Source of the DNA: an uncultured Nitrospira sp.
GTDB taxonomy: Bacteria > Nitrospirota > Nitrospiria > Nitrospirales > Nitrospiraceae
DNA: 32,000 nt
Direction: 5' to 3'
Assembly (NCBI GenBank): GCA_964481215.1
Contig: CAYZTJ010000004.1
Location: 36,202 to 68,201 of the forward strand
Below the pieces are notes generated by a model. That model was not told the DNA's origin. It searched no databases and saw only the letters and a list, made by a program, of their open reading frames with translations. Position 1 is the stretch's first letter. Every line of letters begins with the position of its first letter. This document shows, piece by piece, positions 18,117 to 27,047 of the stretch. A program made the position numbers and the translations under genes.

Positions 18117-20428
18117 CAGTGCTTGGGAGCCGCCTGGTACATCGCATAGGGCGGAAGGATCGCCCGCCACGCGCTCGCTGTGCGCGGCCAGTAGGCCTTG
18201 ATGTCGGTGAAGGGGTCGGTCACGAGTTTGATGAACCAGATCATCGAGATCCTGAAGTCGTGCAGCCAGGCTAGGTAGGCGACGCGGCCCAGGATGACCA
18301 CGAGCGTCAGGCCCCACCACTGCTGGGCGATAGCCGGCCAGCGCTCGAGAAATACCGCCCAAGTCCAACTACCGGCTGTGAACATGTTGGCGAGCGGAAT
18401 CAGGCAATAGGCGGACACGATCATCGTCTTGTTGGGCGTGTTGAAGCCGAGCAGCAGCTCTTCCTTATCATGGCAGGGGGGTTCCACGATCGCATGTCCA
18501 AATTGCCGGACGAACAGCGCCGCCAGACTGGCCGTGACGGCGGTGGTGAGGTCGGTGAAGATCAGCACGTAGCAGTAAATGAACACGCTGGAACTCAATA
18601 AATGAAAGAATTGGTTCAGCGGATGGCTATGGGAGGCGATGTGGTCGTCGTGCTTGCGGCGCATCACTTCCGTATAGAAGGCATGCAGGGGCCGAGGCAC
18701 TTGCAGGATGCTGCCGAGCATTTCGCGCCGTAATTGTGACTTCATCGCCTTCCTCCGTTCAGGCTGTTCTAGGCCGTCCAGCCACCAGCCGTCCTGTTTC
18801 ATGCGGGAAGCGGCGGTCATCACTTTCTCCCGCAGTTCGTCATAGTGTTCCTGTTGGAACGCCATGTTGGTGAGGCACCGTCCGGTGCCCACCCAACTCA
18901 AGGTCACACCTTCGGCTCGCAGGTAATATTGCAGCAGCCAGTTATAGCGTCCCGGCTGTTGAAACAAGATCGTCCACACCGTGGACAGGTTGACAATGCG
19001 TAGTGGCAAATCCTGGGCGGCGAGATCCTTGTTCACCGCCCCGGCCCACGCGGCGCACCGCTGGTTCGCGTCGTCGTACATCTGGCGCACCTGCGGCCTG
19101 ATGACCCAGCGCAAGAACTCATTCATCGCCCCCATCACGTGCGGATGGGCGGAGAAGGTTCCGATTACGTACGCCAGCCGCATGGGATGGTTCGGATCGA
19201 AGCGGCGCATCAAGTCCCTCTTGCCGCAGCACACGCCGACGGGAAGTCCGCCGCCGATCGTCTTGCCATAGACCACGATGTCCGCTTGCACGCCGAAGTA
19301 TTCCTGCGCCCCGCCCGGTGCGAGCCGAAAACCCGAATAGACCTCGTCGAAGATCAAGGGGATCCCGCAGGAGGTGCACACTTCGCGGAGCCGGCGCAGC
19401 CACTGCGCGTACGGGGCGTGGCTCTCTTGCGTCTTCCGAATATCGCTGGTCAGGAGAATAGCATCGCTGGGGGGCGGTGAATTGGGATGAAAGGATTGGA
19501 TCGGGTTGACGACGACTGCGGCAATGTCTTTTTTCATGCGCCGAATAGCGTCCAACGAGGCGGGATGGACATCCTTCAGGGTGATGCAGTCCTTGATTTC
19601 ACGCTCGCTCCCCAAGCCGGGCTGTACGCCGTCCCACCAGCCGTGGTAGGCGCCGGCGAAACACACGATCTGCTTGCGTCCCGTATTGAACCGCGCCAAC
19701 CGGACGGCCGCCATGACCGCTTCCGTCCCGCTCATATGGAAGGAAACTTCGTCGAGTTTGGAGAGTTGCTTAAGCAGGCTGATGTTGTCCGCGACGATGG
19801 GATGGAGCGGGCCCAGCACGGGGCCGAGCTGTTTCACTCGCTCCCATCCGCGCTCCATCCATTCTTTATAGTGGTCGTACCCCGCGACGTTCACGCCATA
19901 GGAGCCGGTCACATCCAACGACCAATGGCCGTCGAGATCGCGCAGCTTCGGGCCCTCGGATGCCGTCACCACGGAGCAGAGTTCGAACTTCTCCCGCATC
20001 ACGCGAGCGAAGGGAAAGGGTACGCGTCCGGCATCGGTGAAACGCAAGTCGGACAGTCCCTCGCGAATCGTGTTGCCCCAGGCAATCGACTGAGGATAGC
20101 GCTCTTTGAAGTAGTCGGCGAGTTGATCCAAGGCCTTCCGCCGTCGGACGACGATGGCGTCATCCGCGCCGTCGGCTTTGAAGAAGTCGTCGCCAAGGTA
20201 GTCGTTCCGATTGACCCAAGCGGCGAGCAGTCGAGAGAGCGCCGGTGTGAAGGACCGGGCTCTGAGCGTCAAGAGGGTTCGGACCTGCGCCGCAAGCCTT
20301 CGCATGCCCCACCATCCGGCCAGTGCCGCCAGCGAGGACACCAGTGCGACATCCCAGCTGAACCGGCAAATCTCCAAGGCATTCAGCCCCGTGCACGAGG
20401 CCACGCGTTGCCAGGTGTCTTCGAACAT
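18116..20428 (-). CDS. 770-aa fusion: N-terminal TM anchor + HemL-like class III PLP-dependent aminotransferase/aminomutase + C-terminal DUF962/Mpo1-like membrane domain
   Basis: AAAGGAG lies before ATG 20428. HMSGTEAVMAAVRLAR, IFDEVYSGFR and the PLP-lysine motif VVYGKTIGGGLPVG mark the glutamate-1-semialdehyde aminomutase family. C-terminal HSHPLNQFFH...FGHAIVEPP sits within about four TM helices. Confidence 0.7.
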   Translation of the reverse strand: MFEDTWQRVASCTGLNALEICRFSWDVALVSSLAALAGWWGMRRLAAQVRTLLTLRARSFTPALSRLLAAWVNRNDYLGDDFFKADGADDAIVVRRRKALDQLADYFKERYPQSIAWGNTIREGLSDLRFTDAGRVPFPFARVMREKFELCSVVTASEGPKLRDLDGHWSLDVTGSYGVNVAGYDHYKEWMERGWERVKQLGPVLGPLHPIVADNISLLKQLSKLDEVSFHMSGTEAVMAAVRLARFNTGRKQIVCFAGAYHGWWDGVQPGLGSEREIKDCITLKDVHPASLDAIRRMKKDIAAVVVNPIQSFHPNSPPPSDAILLTSDIRKTQESHAPYAQWLRRLREVCTSCGIPLIFDEVYSGFRLAPGGAQEYFGVQADIVVYGKTIGGGLPVGVCCGKRDLMRRFDPNHPMRLAYVIGTFSAHPHVMGAMNEFLRWVIRPQVRQMYDDANQRCAAWAGAVNKDLAAQDLPLRIVNLSTVWTILFQQPGRYNWLLQYYLRAEGVTLSWVGTGRCLTNMAFQQEHYDELREKVMTAASRMKQDGWWLDGLEQPERRKAMKSQLRREMLGSILQVPRPLHAFYTEVMRRKHDDHIASHSHPLNQFFHLLSSSVFIYCYVLIFTDLTTAVTASLAALFVRQFGHAIVEPPCHDKEELLLGFNTPNKTMIVSAYCLIPLANMFTAGSWTWAVFLERWPAIAQQWWGLTLVVILGRVAYLAWLHDFRISMIWFIKLVTDPFTDIKAYWPRTASAWRAILPPYAMYQAAPKH

Positions 20429-20482
20429 CGGGAACTCCTTTCTTTGGTCGCCGGAGGCCGCCCGCTTGATCCGGGCGCCTTG

Positions 20483-21319
20483 TCAGACGACGACCGCTTC
20501 TTCATCGGGGAACAGGGTCAGTCCATCGTCGTCCGCGAATCGTGCCCACTTGAGGCTGGACATGGTATCGGCCCATCGCAGTAACTCGAGACTGCCGTCA
20601 TAGTGTTCGACCAAGGCGCTGCAGCTCTCGACCCAATCCCCGCAGTTGCAGTAGATGAGGTTGTTCAACCGTGAAATCTCCGGACGGTGGATGTGCCCGC
20701 AGACCACGCCGTCGACGCCGCGCCTCGCGCTTTCATAGGCGACTGCCTGCTCGAAGTTGCTGATGTACTGCACTGCGTTCTTGACTTTGTGCTTGAGAAA
20801 ACCTGCCAGCGACCAGTACGGCAAGTTCAGCCTCCGGCGGACGCCGTGGACCAGGTAATTCGCTTTCAACAGGTTGTCGTACAACCTGGTGCCCAGGATC
20901 GCCATGGCCCGGGAGCACCGCACGACGCTGTCAAATTTGTCGCCATGCGTCACCAAGAGGCGTCGACCGTCTGCATTGGTATGGATGGCCTCTTCGACGA
21001 TATGGACGTTGCCGAAAACCATGTCGTGAAAGTCGCGAAGCAGTTCGTCGTGGTTACCGGGCACGTACACCACTTTCGTTCCGTGTTTGGCCTTTCCGAG
21101 AATGGTGCGGACGACATTGTTGTGTGATTGCGGCCAGTAGAGCCGCTTGCGCATCTCCCAGACGTCGATGATGTCGCCGACGAGATACAGATGATCGGAA
21201 TGCACGGAACGGAGAAAATCGAGCAGGTGGTCGGCGCTGCAACCACGAAAACCCAAATGAATGTCGGAAATCCAGACGGTACGAAATGAGAGGACGTGAT
21301 CCTGACGCGGTTTAGTCAC
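20483..21319 (-). CDS. LpxH/PlcP-family metallophosphoesterase (candidate lipid-remodelling phospholipase C, or alternatively UDP-2,3-diacylglucosamine hydrolase)
   Basis: GTG start after GGAGAAGGGGAG. Motifs VWISDIHLG, YLVGDIIDVW, YVPGNHDE, LVTHGDKFD, VCGHIH. The segment YWPQSHNNV is what I recall from the PlcP-like subgroup. Confidence 0.6.
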   Translation of the reverse strand: MTKPRQDHVLSFRTVWISDIHLGFRGCSADHLLDFLRSVHSDHLYLVGDIIDVWEMRKRLYWPQSHNNVVRTILGKAKHGTKVVYVPGNHDELLRDFHDMVFGNVHIVEEAIHTNADGRRLLVTHGDKFDSVVRCSRAMAILGTRLYDNLLKANYLVHGVRRRLNLPYWSLAGFLKHKVKNAVQYISNFEQAVAYESARRGVDGVVCGHIHRPEISRLNNLIYCNCGDWVESCSALVEHYDGSLELLRWADTMSSLKWARFADDDGLTLFPDEEAVVV

Positions 21320-21680
21320 GCTCCCCTTCTCCAGTGCACTGCGCGACTTTCACGTTCGACATGGCTCAAGCGTACAAAGGCCGTGTTTCATGGCGATTAC
21401 ATTTCGGGCAACTTTACGTGAAGAAATGGTGGGATTTATGCGACGGAATTATGGATGCGTAACAGCAATGCCGTTCGAGGTGAGGACACGTGTTCTCAGG
21501 GGTACCACATTGCGACAATTTGTCGGCGTGCCTGGGTGACGCTGAGTCTCCGTCGGTTAAGATCATGTTACGGCCTGTATTCGTCGTTGACCGCTCGAAT
21601 CAAGCACTTCACAATCCTCGTTGGGCAGCGATCCGAACGTCCGGTCCAGTGTCGGCTCATTCTGTTGTCTGAATGTCCAC

Positions 21681-22376
21681 ATGCGAAAAGCGGTCAGGTT
21701 AGTGCTTTTACCCGGTCTCGATGGGACCGATGTCTTCTACCGTCCCTTGCTGGCCACGTTGCCAAGCTGGATCGATCCAGTGGTTATCCAATTTCCAACG
21801 ACGGGTGCGAACGAATATCCGGATCTCGTCAGGCTGGTCCGAAGTGCCCTGTCGAATACGCCCCGCTGCTATGTCTTGGGCTGGTCCTTCGCCGGACCGC
21901 TGGCGTTGATGGTGGGAGCAGCCGAACCGGAACGGATCCAAGGAGTCATTCTCGCTTCGACCTTCGTTCGACCGCCCCGTCGGCTCTATGCCAGGCTGCG
22001 GTGGGGCGCCCTCGCGCCCATCATCCATATGATTCGCGCCTGCCGAAGAGTCCCGATTTGGTTTTTTCGGCCGTCGACCGATCGAGCCCGTCAGGATAAG
22101 ACTGAGACCTGGAAGCGGGTGCCTTCTGGCGCGGTGGCGGCGCGGATCAGAGCGTTGCTCAGAGTCGATGCTCGCGGGTTGTTGCGTGACTCCCCCCATC
22201 GCGTGTTATGCCTGGCGGGCTGCGACGACGGCGTTGTGCCTCAGCACAATGTTGAGGACATTCTGTCGGTGCGGCCGACTGCTCAGGTCCGTGTCATTGA
22301 AGGCGGACATTTCGCGATGTACACGAATCCAAAGGCGGCGGTTCAGGCGATTGCAGAATTCTTGGGGAACGGGTAG
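21681..22376 (+). CDS. Alpha/beta-fold hydrolase
   Basis: VLLPGLDGTDVF..., nucleophile elbow GWSFAG, C-terminal ...GGHFAMYTNP. ATG 21681 chosen over ATG 21621. Confidence 0.7.
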   Translation: MRKAVRLVLLPGLDGTDVFYRPLLATLPSWIDPVVIQFPTTGANEYPDLVRLVRSALSNTPRCYVLGWSFAGPLALMVGAAEPERIQGVILASTFVRPPRRLYARLRWGALAPIIHMIRACRRVPIWFFRPSTDRARQDKTETWKRVPSGAVAARIRALLRVDARGLLRDSPHRVLCLAGCDDGVVPQHNVEDILSVRPTAQVRVIEGGHFAMYTNPKAAVQAIAEFLGNG

Positions 22377-22428
22377 AGAGAACCGGAAAAGAAGCGCACG
22401 CGATAGAACTCGTTGGGTGTTCCCCCGG

Positions 22429-23004
22429 TCACCGTGTCACGGCTAGATGGCCGCGTCGGTTCACTTGATAACAGGCCTCGGTCTGATCGAAGCAGAGCGG
22501 GTGTTCCTCGCCATACGATATGGCGGTGACTCGCTGTGCGGGGATGCCGAGTTCCATCAGATAGCTGCGAACGGCCAAGGCTCGCTTTTCTCCGAGGACA
22601 AGATTGTAGGCGGCGCTCCCCCGTTCGTCGCAGTGACCTTCGATCCGCAGTGTGGTGTCGGCATGATTCAGCAACCACTCCGCATCAACGTCAAGCGTGC
22701 TCATGCCGGTTTCGGTGAGAGTTGCGCTGTCGTAGGGGAAATAGACGTCCCGCAACCCCGCCGCAACGGCGTGCCACGGCTCGAGACGGCGCTCCTGCAT
22801 GCGATGCGCAGCCGTGGCAGGATCGATATCGGCCAGAGATTCCGGCGTGATCCGTTCGAATCTCCGGAGGGGTGTGTCCTGCGCCATCGCGTTCGAAATC
22901 GACCGATCGCTTCCTTCCTCCGAGTACGTGACGCGCTGGGCACAGCCCTGGCTCCAGGCCAGGACGGCGACGGTGGCAAGTATGTATATCCAATGTGAAG
23001 CCAT
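22429..23004 (-). CDS. pal: Peptidoglycan-associated lipoprotein (OmpA-C-like domain)
   Basis: Lipobox WSQGC. VYFPYDSATL...LRIEGHCDERGSAAYNLVLGEKRALAVRSYLMELGI...ISYGEE is the Pal/OmpA_C signature. Confidence 0.8.
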   Translation of the reverse strand: MASHWIYILATVAVLAWSQGCAQRVTYSEEGSDRSISNAMAQDTPLRRFERITPESLADIDPATAAHRMQERRLEPWHAVAAGLRDVYFPYDSATLTETGMSTLDVDAEWLLNHADTTLRIEGHCDERGSAAYNLVLGEKRALAVRSYLMELGIPAQRVTAISYGEEHPLCFDQTEACYQVNRRGHLAVTR

Positions 23005-23102
23005 GGGAGTTCATCCGAGGGCGCTGCTGAACCGTTATGTCGACCCAGCCTTACGGGATTCTCAAGGTGGTGTTAAATGTTGTTTACAACCAGGGCAAGG
23101 AC

Positions 23103-23816
23103 ATGAAACGACTTATCGCGATGGTTGCGCTGTGCACTATGGTCGGGCCGGTTTCCGTTGGGGTCGCCCAACGTGACGAAATGCCGCCAGGGTATCCCCA
23201 GTCGATTGAAGCTGGTTTGCAAGCGTTGCTCAATCGGTTGCGGCACGAGAAGCCGTCGACGGAGTTATTGGTGAAAGTGTCATCGACCTATTTCGATTTG
23301 GCCGACGACTTGCTGGTGGATGAGAGCAAGCGGCGTGAGGCCTATGAGGCGGGAGCGAAAGCCGCTGAGGAAGCGCTCAAGCTGGATGACACGATCGCCG
23401 ATGCGCATTTCTTCCATGCCGTAAATCTGGGCAGCGCCGAGCGGCTGAAGGGCCTCACGAACGCGGCAATGGTCGTCAGAGAACTGAAGCATTGTGCGCA
23501 GCGGGCGATCGAGCTCAACCCTCGGCATGCGCAGGCCCTGCAGTTCATGGGCGGTCTCCTGATCGAGCTGCCCTGGTTTCTCGGCGGCGACGAGAAAAAA
23601 GCGCAGGAATATCTCGAGCGGGCCGTTTCAGCGGATACGAACTATACGAACGCCCATCTCCTGCTGGCTAAGCTCTATCGAAAGCAAGGCCGCATCGAGG
23701 AAGCAACACAACATCTTGATGCCGTGATCCTTGCCGGGCGGCCCCATTATCGGTACACGTGGGAACGGAAGTACAAGCTCGAAGCGGAGCGGCTGCGGCA
23801 AGAAGTGGCACCCTAA
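23103..23816 (+). CDS. Secreted TPR-repeat protein
   Basis: ATG 23103 gives the signal peptide MKRLIAMVALCTMVGPVSVGVAQ. TPR-like helices (AQEYLERAVSADTNYTNAHLLLAKLYRKQGRIEEA). Confidence 0.6.
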   Translation: MKRLIAMVALCTMVGPVSVGVAQRDEMPPGYPQSIEAGLQALLNRLRHEKPSTELLVKVSSTYFDLADDLLVDESKRREAYEAGAKAAEEALKLDDTIADAHFFHAVNLGSAERLKGLTNAAMVVRELKHCAQRAIELNPRHAQALQFMGGLLIELPWFLGGDEKKAQEYLERAVSADTNYTNAHLLLAKLYRKQGRIEEATQHLDAVILAGRPHYRYTWERKYKLEAERLRQEVAP

Positions 23817-24264
23817 TGCTGTCGGGTCACAAGATGTGTCTTCTCGCCTGCCTGCTCGTGCTCCTCTGGGTCCCTGAGGCGTTGGCTCTGGAAGACCGGG
23901 AAGCCGATCTCGTGTCCATTAAGACGGTCTTGGATGATCCCCAGCACTTCAATCTTCACCGCGTACGGTTTGAGGGAAAATCGTCGAACTGAGAGTATTG
24001 CCATACGCCTCGGGTTGCGGGGCATTCGACGGATATGTGTTGCAACTGGAGGACGACACCGGACGCTTCGAAATATTCGACGCTAGCGGATGCGATGAGA
24101 ACGGCGCTCGGTTTCCCCCTCTGCTGATGTTGCAGCCGGATATGGCCAGACCCGGTGATCGCGTCACGTTGGCCGTGTCGGTCGTGCATCCAACCATACC
24201 GCCAGGTATTCGGCCTCACGGGCGACTGGAGTGGATCAAACGGTTGCCGGAAATCCGCAAATAG
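23816..24264 (+). CDS. Small secreted protein encoded in two frames, joined at slippery heptamer G_GGA_AAA (23974-23980): programmed -1 frameshift, frameshift mutation or sequencing error
   Basis: ATG 23816 overlaps the TPR gene stop (TAATG). Signal peptide MLSGHKMCLLACLLVLLWVPEALA. The 0 frame stops at 23990-23992. The -1 frame is open from 23974 and continues GK IVELRVLPYASGCGAFDGYVLQLEDDTGRFEIFD... to 24264. Confidence 0.5.
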
Positions 24265-24663
24265 GAGTCGTCCAGTCCGCCAATGTAATACCCTGTTTCC
24301 CGCAGAAATGGCTGCTTCACCGTTGTAACGCAGGTCAAAAGCTCTCGAGCCTGCTCGACTCTTACACGGTCTTCGAGATCGGCACCGCGCGACGTTCTAT
24401 CGGATGCTCACATCTTTAATGTGATCGTTACGCGTTATTGAGGCGGGACAGATCGTGCGGTAACGAACCAATGCGAGAGTGCCCTCGGTTAGGATCCTAA
24501 CACCATCACAACTTGTGCCGTCACATGCTGCACCTCGTCGTAATGGAGAGGATGCCATGCTACGGTTGTGCGCAAAACCATCCGGTGCAGCGTCGCGTCG
24601 CTGCATAACTCGCCGCTCTCGGTGGTATCGGGAGTCGTGCGACTGATTACAAAGGAGACAGTG

Positions 24664-26184
24664 ATGAAGAAGCTGAAACAGCAGGTTTCGAAATGGAGCG
24701 TGGCGGCGAGTAAGGTCGGTTTGGCCGCGGCGATGCTGGCGATCCCGGCGCTACCGGTGCTAGCCGACGACGAAGATTCTCACGATTACGGCGCGAGGGT
24801 TGAGCAGCGATTGAAGAACAGCTCCATGCATTGGTTTGGAATTCAGGGGCCGTTGGATGCTTCGGCGTCCGCGACAACCGGGGATTACCGAACGCCGGAA
24901 CAGAAGGCTCAGGACCAGGTGTCGCTGGCTCACAGTCTGAAAGCCGAATATGTCACACGCAATGTCGGGAACGCTGCCGACATGTTCGCCTTCTGGCCGA
25001 ACGACGACAACCCGACTCACCTTATCTTTTGTATCGAGGGTGGGCGCCAAGACCTTGGGACGTTCCTCCCGGGTGGACTGGTGAAGAAGTTTAATCCGAG
25101 CGTGCAGAGTGTTGCGTTAGCTGACGGTGCTGTTCAAACGATTCTCCGCGGCATGACCGCGTGCGACGGCATTCGTCGGACCCCTTGGGGAACCATTCTG
25201 GCCACCGAGGAAACGTCGAACGGCGGAGCCTATGAGATCATTCGTCCCTTGCAGCAGCTGAATCACACGATTACCGACCGCGCGCTGGGGACCGTCGTGG
25301 ATCAGAATGGTCTTGCCTCTCTCGCGATCGCCAAGCGGACGGCGTTGCCGACGATGGCCTGGGAAGGGTTGGCGGTGTTGCCCTCCGGAGTCGTGATCGC
25401 TGGAGACGAATTGCGACCCGGTACCGGAACACCGGATGTCGACGGAGGTGCAATCTTCAAGTTTATTCCCACCGTTCCTCGGACGGCTCAGGGGCTGGTC
25501 TCGAACTTGACGGAGTCACCCCTGACAGCCGGGAATGTGTATGCGTTGCGGATGAGCTGCACGACCGGCGTCCAATATGGTCAGGGTTGTGAAATCGGGA
25601 GCGGAGCTTGGATCGCCGTGGCGGCGGCGACTGCGCGTGCCGATGCCGATAAATTGGGTGCCACCGGCTACTACCGGCCGGAGGACTTGGAACAGGACCA
25701 GGAGTATAAGGGCGAAGGAGTCCGATTCTGCTGGACCAACACGGGGGAGAGCGACATTGCCAACTATGGCGAAGTTCTCTGCGGAGTCGATCGTGCACCG
25801 TTGGTCGCCGATCCCAATCAGCAGACTGTGACGGCCAATCGGTTTGTGGAAGGAGATGCCGATTTCAATCAGCCGGACAACTTTGCATTTCAGCCGAAGA
25901 CCGGCATCCACTATGTGATCGAAGATAATCCCAACGGCGATATCTTTGCCTGTCTGCCGGACGGTGCCGATCGGGATATCAAGACTGACGGATGCGTGAA
26001 AATCCTCTCGGTCAAGGATTCTTCAGCGGAGCCGACGGGTTTCAAGTTCACAGCCGATGGACGGACGGCCTATCTTGCCATCCAACACTCCAATGATGGC
26101 AAGATGCCGAAGTTCGATGACTATGCGACGGACGACATCATCAAGATCAGTGGGTTCAAGATCCCACATCGCTTCGAACGATAG
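24664..26184 (+). CDS. Secreted DUF839/PhoX-like beta-propeller protein (candidate alkaline phosphatase)
   Basis: AAAGGAG lies before ATG 24664. Sec signal (VGLAAAMLAIPALPVLA). RRTPWGTILATEETSNGGAYEI, QPDNFAFQPKTGIHYVIEDNPNGD and AEPTGFKFTADGRTAYLAIQHSNDG resemble conserved PhoX/DUF839 blocks. Confidence 0.5.
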   Translation: MKKLKQQVSKWSVAASKVGLAAAMLAIPALPVLADDEDSHDYGARVEQRLKNSSMHWFGIQGPLDASASATTGDYRTPEQKAQDQVSLAHSLKAEYVTRNVGNAADMFAFWPNDDNPTHLIFCIEGGRQDLGTFLPGGLVKKFNPSVQSVALADGAVQTILRGMTACDGIRRTPWGTILATEETSNGGAYEIIRPLQQLNHTITDRALGTVVDQNGLASLAIAKRTALPTMAWEGLAVLPSGVVIAGDELRPGTGTPDVDGGAIFKFIPTVPRTAQGLVSNLTESPLTAGNVYALRMSCTTGVQYGQGCEIGSGAWIAVAAATARADADKLGATGYYRPEDLEQDQEYKGEGVRFCWTNTGESDIANYGEVLCGVDRAPLVADPNQQTVTANRFVEGDADFNQPDNFAFQPKTGIHYVIEDNPNGDIFACLPDGADRDIKTDGCVKILSVKDSSAEPTGFKFTADGRTAYLAIQHSNDGKMPKFDDYATDDIIKISGFKIPHRFER

Positions 26185-26198
26185 GCCTGTCGGTCACT

Positions 26199-26225
26199 GT
26201 GCGCGCCCGTCAATCGGGCGCGCAC
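26199..26225. terminator. GC-rich hairpin between convergent genes (possible bidirectional terminator)
   Basis: GTGCGCGCCCG-tcaat-CGGGCGCGCAC: perfect 11-bp stem, 5-nt loop, 15 nt after the PhoX-like stop. No U-tract on either side. Confidence 0.45.
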
Positions 26226-26350
26226 ATCCACTCTCCCGCGAAGCAGCGACCATCACTTTACCGGCAGTCGACGAGCTGCCATGAATAATTGTCGTGACCG
26301 CATTCGAGACGGGATACCCCTCTTAGCGTATCTTCAGCAGGCGGTGTTTG

Positions 26351-26566
26351 CTATCGAAGTGGCGCTTGTCGGCGCTTCCACCGGTCGCTGCCGAAAATAG
26401 GAGTGCGAGGCCGTTTCGTCGGGGCTGCGGGCCGAGAAGTGCGATGAAAGAGAATCTTGCCGTCGGTAAGGTCGCCGCAATGGATGCACCGGTAGGCCAC
26501 GGCTCGCATCCCGCCATCCAACATGGTCTCCAGAACCCTTAGCCCGGCACAGCGCCCGCATTGCAT
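26351..26566 (-). CDS. 72-aa zinc-ribbon protein (CxxC...CxxC), basic tail; coupled to dksA; paralogue of 27645-27863
   Basis: GGAGGG (26571-26576, inside TAAGGAGGG with the dksA stop TAA at 26579-26577) lies 4 nt before ATG 26566, which is 10 nt after the dksA stop. Product MQCGRCAGLRVLETMLDGGMRAVAYRCIHCGDLTDGKILFHR... Confidence 0.6.
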   Translation of the reverse strand: MQCGRCAGLRVLETMLDGGMRAVAYRCIHCGDLTDGKILFHRTSRPAAPTKRPRTPIFGSDRWKRRQAPLR

Positions 26567-26576
26567 GCTACCCTCC

Positions 26577-27047
26577 TTAGTCCATATCAGGGAGACAAAG
26601 ACGTTCACGTCGTGTGTGGCCGCTTGCGACGAGGCCCGCTCGTTCATTCAAGGCCTGACAGGAGACGCACAGCACGGCGGACGGCTGGACTCGCAGTCGG
26701 GCAAATGGAATATCCTCTCCGCAACGGATGCAGAGCCCGTAGGCGTTATGCTCCATGTGGGCCAACGCGTTCTCGATGTCCCGCAGTTGTTCCCGGAGTC
26801 GCGCCTTCCCGATCAAGGTCAGCTCCTGCTCTCGATCCATCGAGGCTTGATCCATCACGTCCGAGAGGAGTCCTCCGCCCGTTCTTCTCACGTCGTCGAG
26901 CGTCATGCGTCGACGCAACATCGCCTGCTGACGCTTCAATTCGATCCACAGCTTCATGTAGAGAGTCTGATTCTTCCGTGACAGCCCTGAGCGAAACCGC
27001 GGCTTCGCTTCAATGATATCGTTCGAGAGCATTTGGGAGTACAGCAT
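26577..27047 (-). CDS. dksA: DksA/TraR-family C4 zinc-finger RNA polymerase-binding regulator
   Basis: AAAGGAGG lies before ATG 27047. Coiled coil with tip motif DVMDQA (DxxDxA) and C4 finger CIRCGEDIPFARLRVQPSAVLCVSCQ. Confidence 0.75.
   Translation of the reverse strand: MLYSQMLSNDIIEAKPRFRSGLSRKNQTLYMKLWIELKRQQAMLRRRMTLDDVRRTGGGLLSDVMDQASMDREQELTLIGKARLREQLRDIENALAHMEHNAYGLCIRCGEDIPFARLRVQPSAVLCVSCQALNERAGLVASGHTRRERLCLPDMD

Noticed and set aside
19487-20584. 365-aa ORF on the + strand
   Set aside because: Antisense to the HemL-like fusion gene, which has clear PLP-enzyme motifs. Low-complexity product; shadow ORF.
21455-22099. 214-aa ORF overlapping the alpha/beta hydrolase gene in another frame
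   Set aside because: The hydrolase frame carries the GWSFAG nucleophile elbow and a sensible start at 21681. The overlapping frame has no features.
24231-24606. 62-aa (+) and 69-aa (-) ORFs in the PhoX-like leader
   Set aside because: No RBS, odd composition, and they overlap each other. Treated as non-coding leader.
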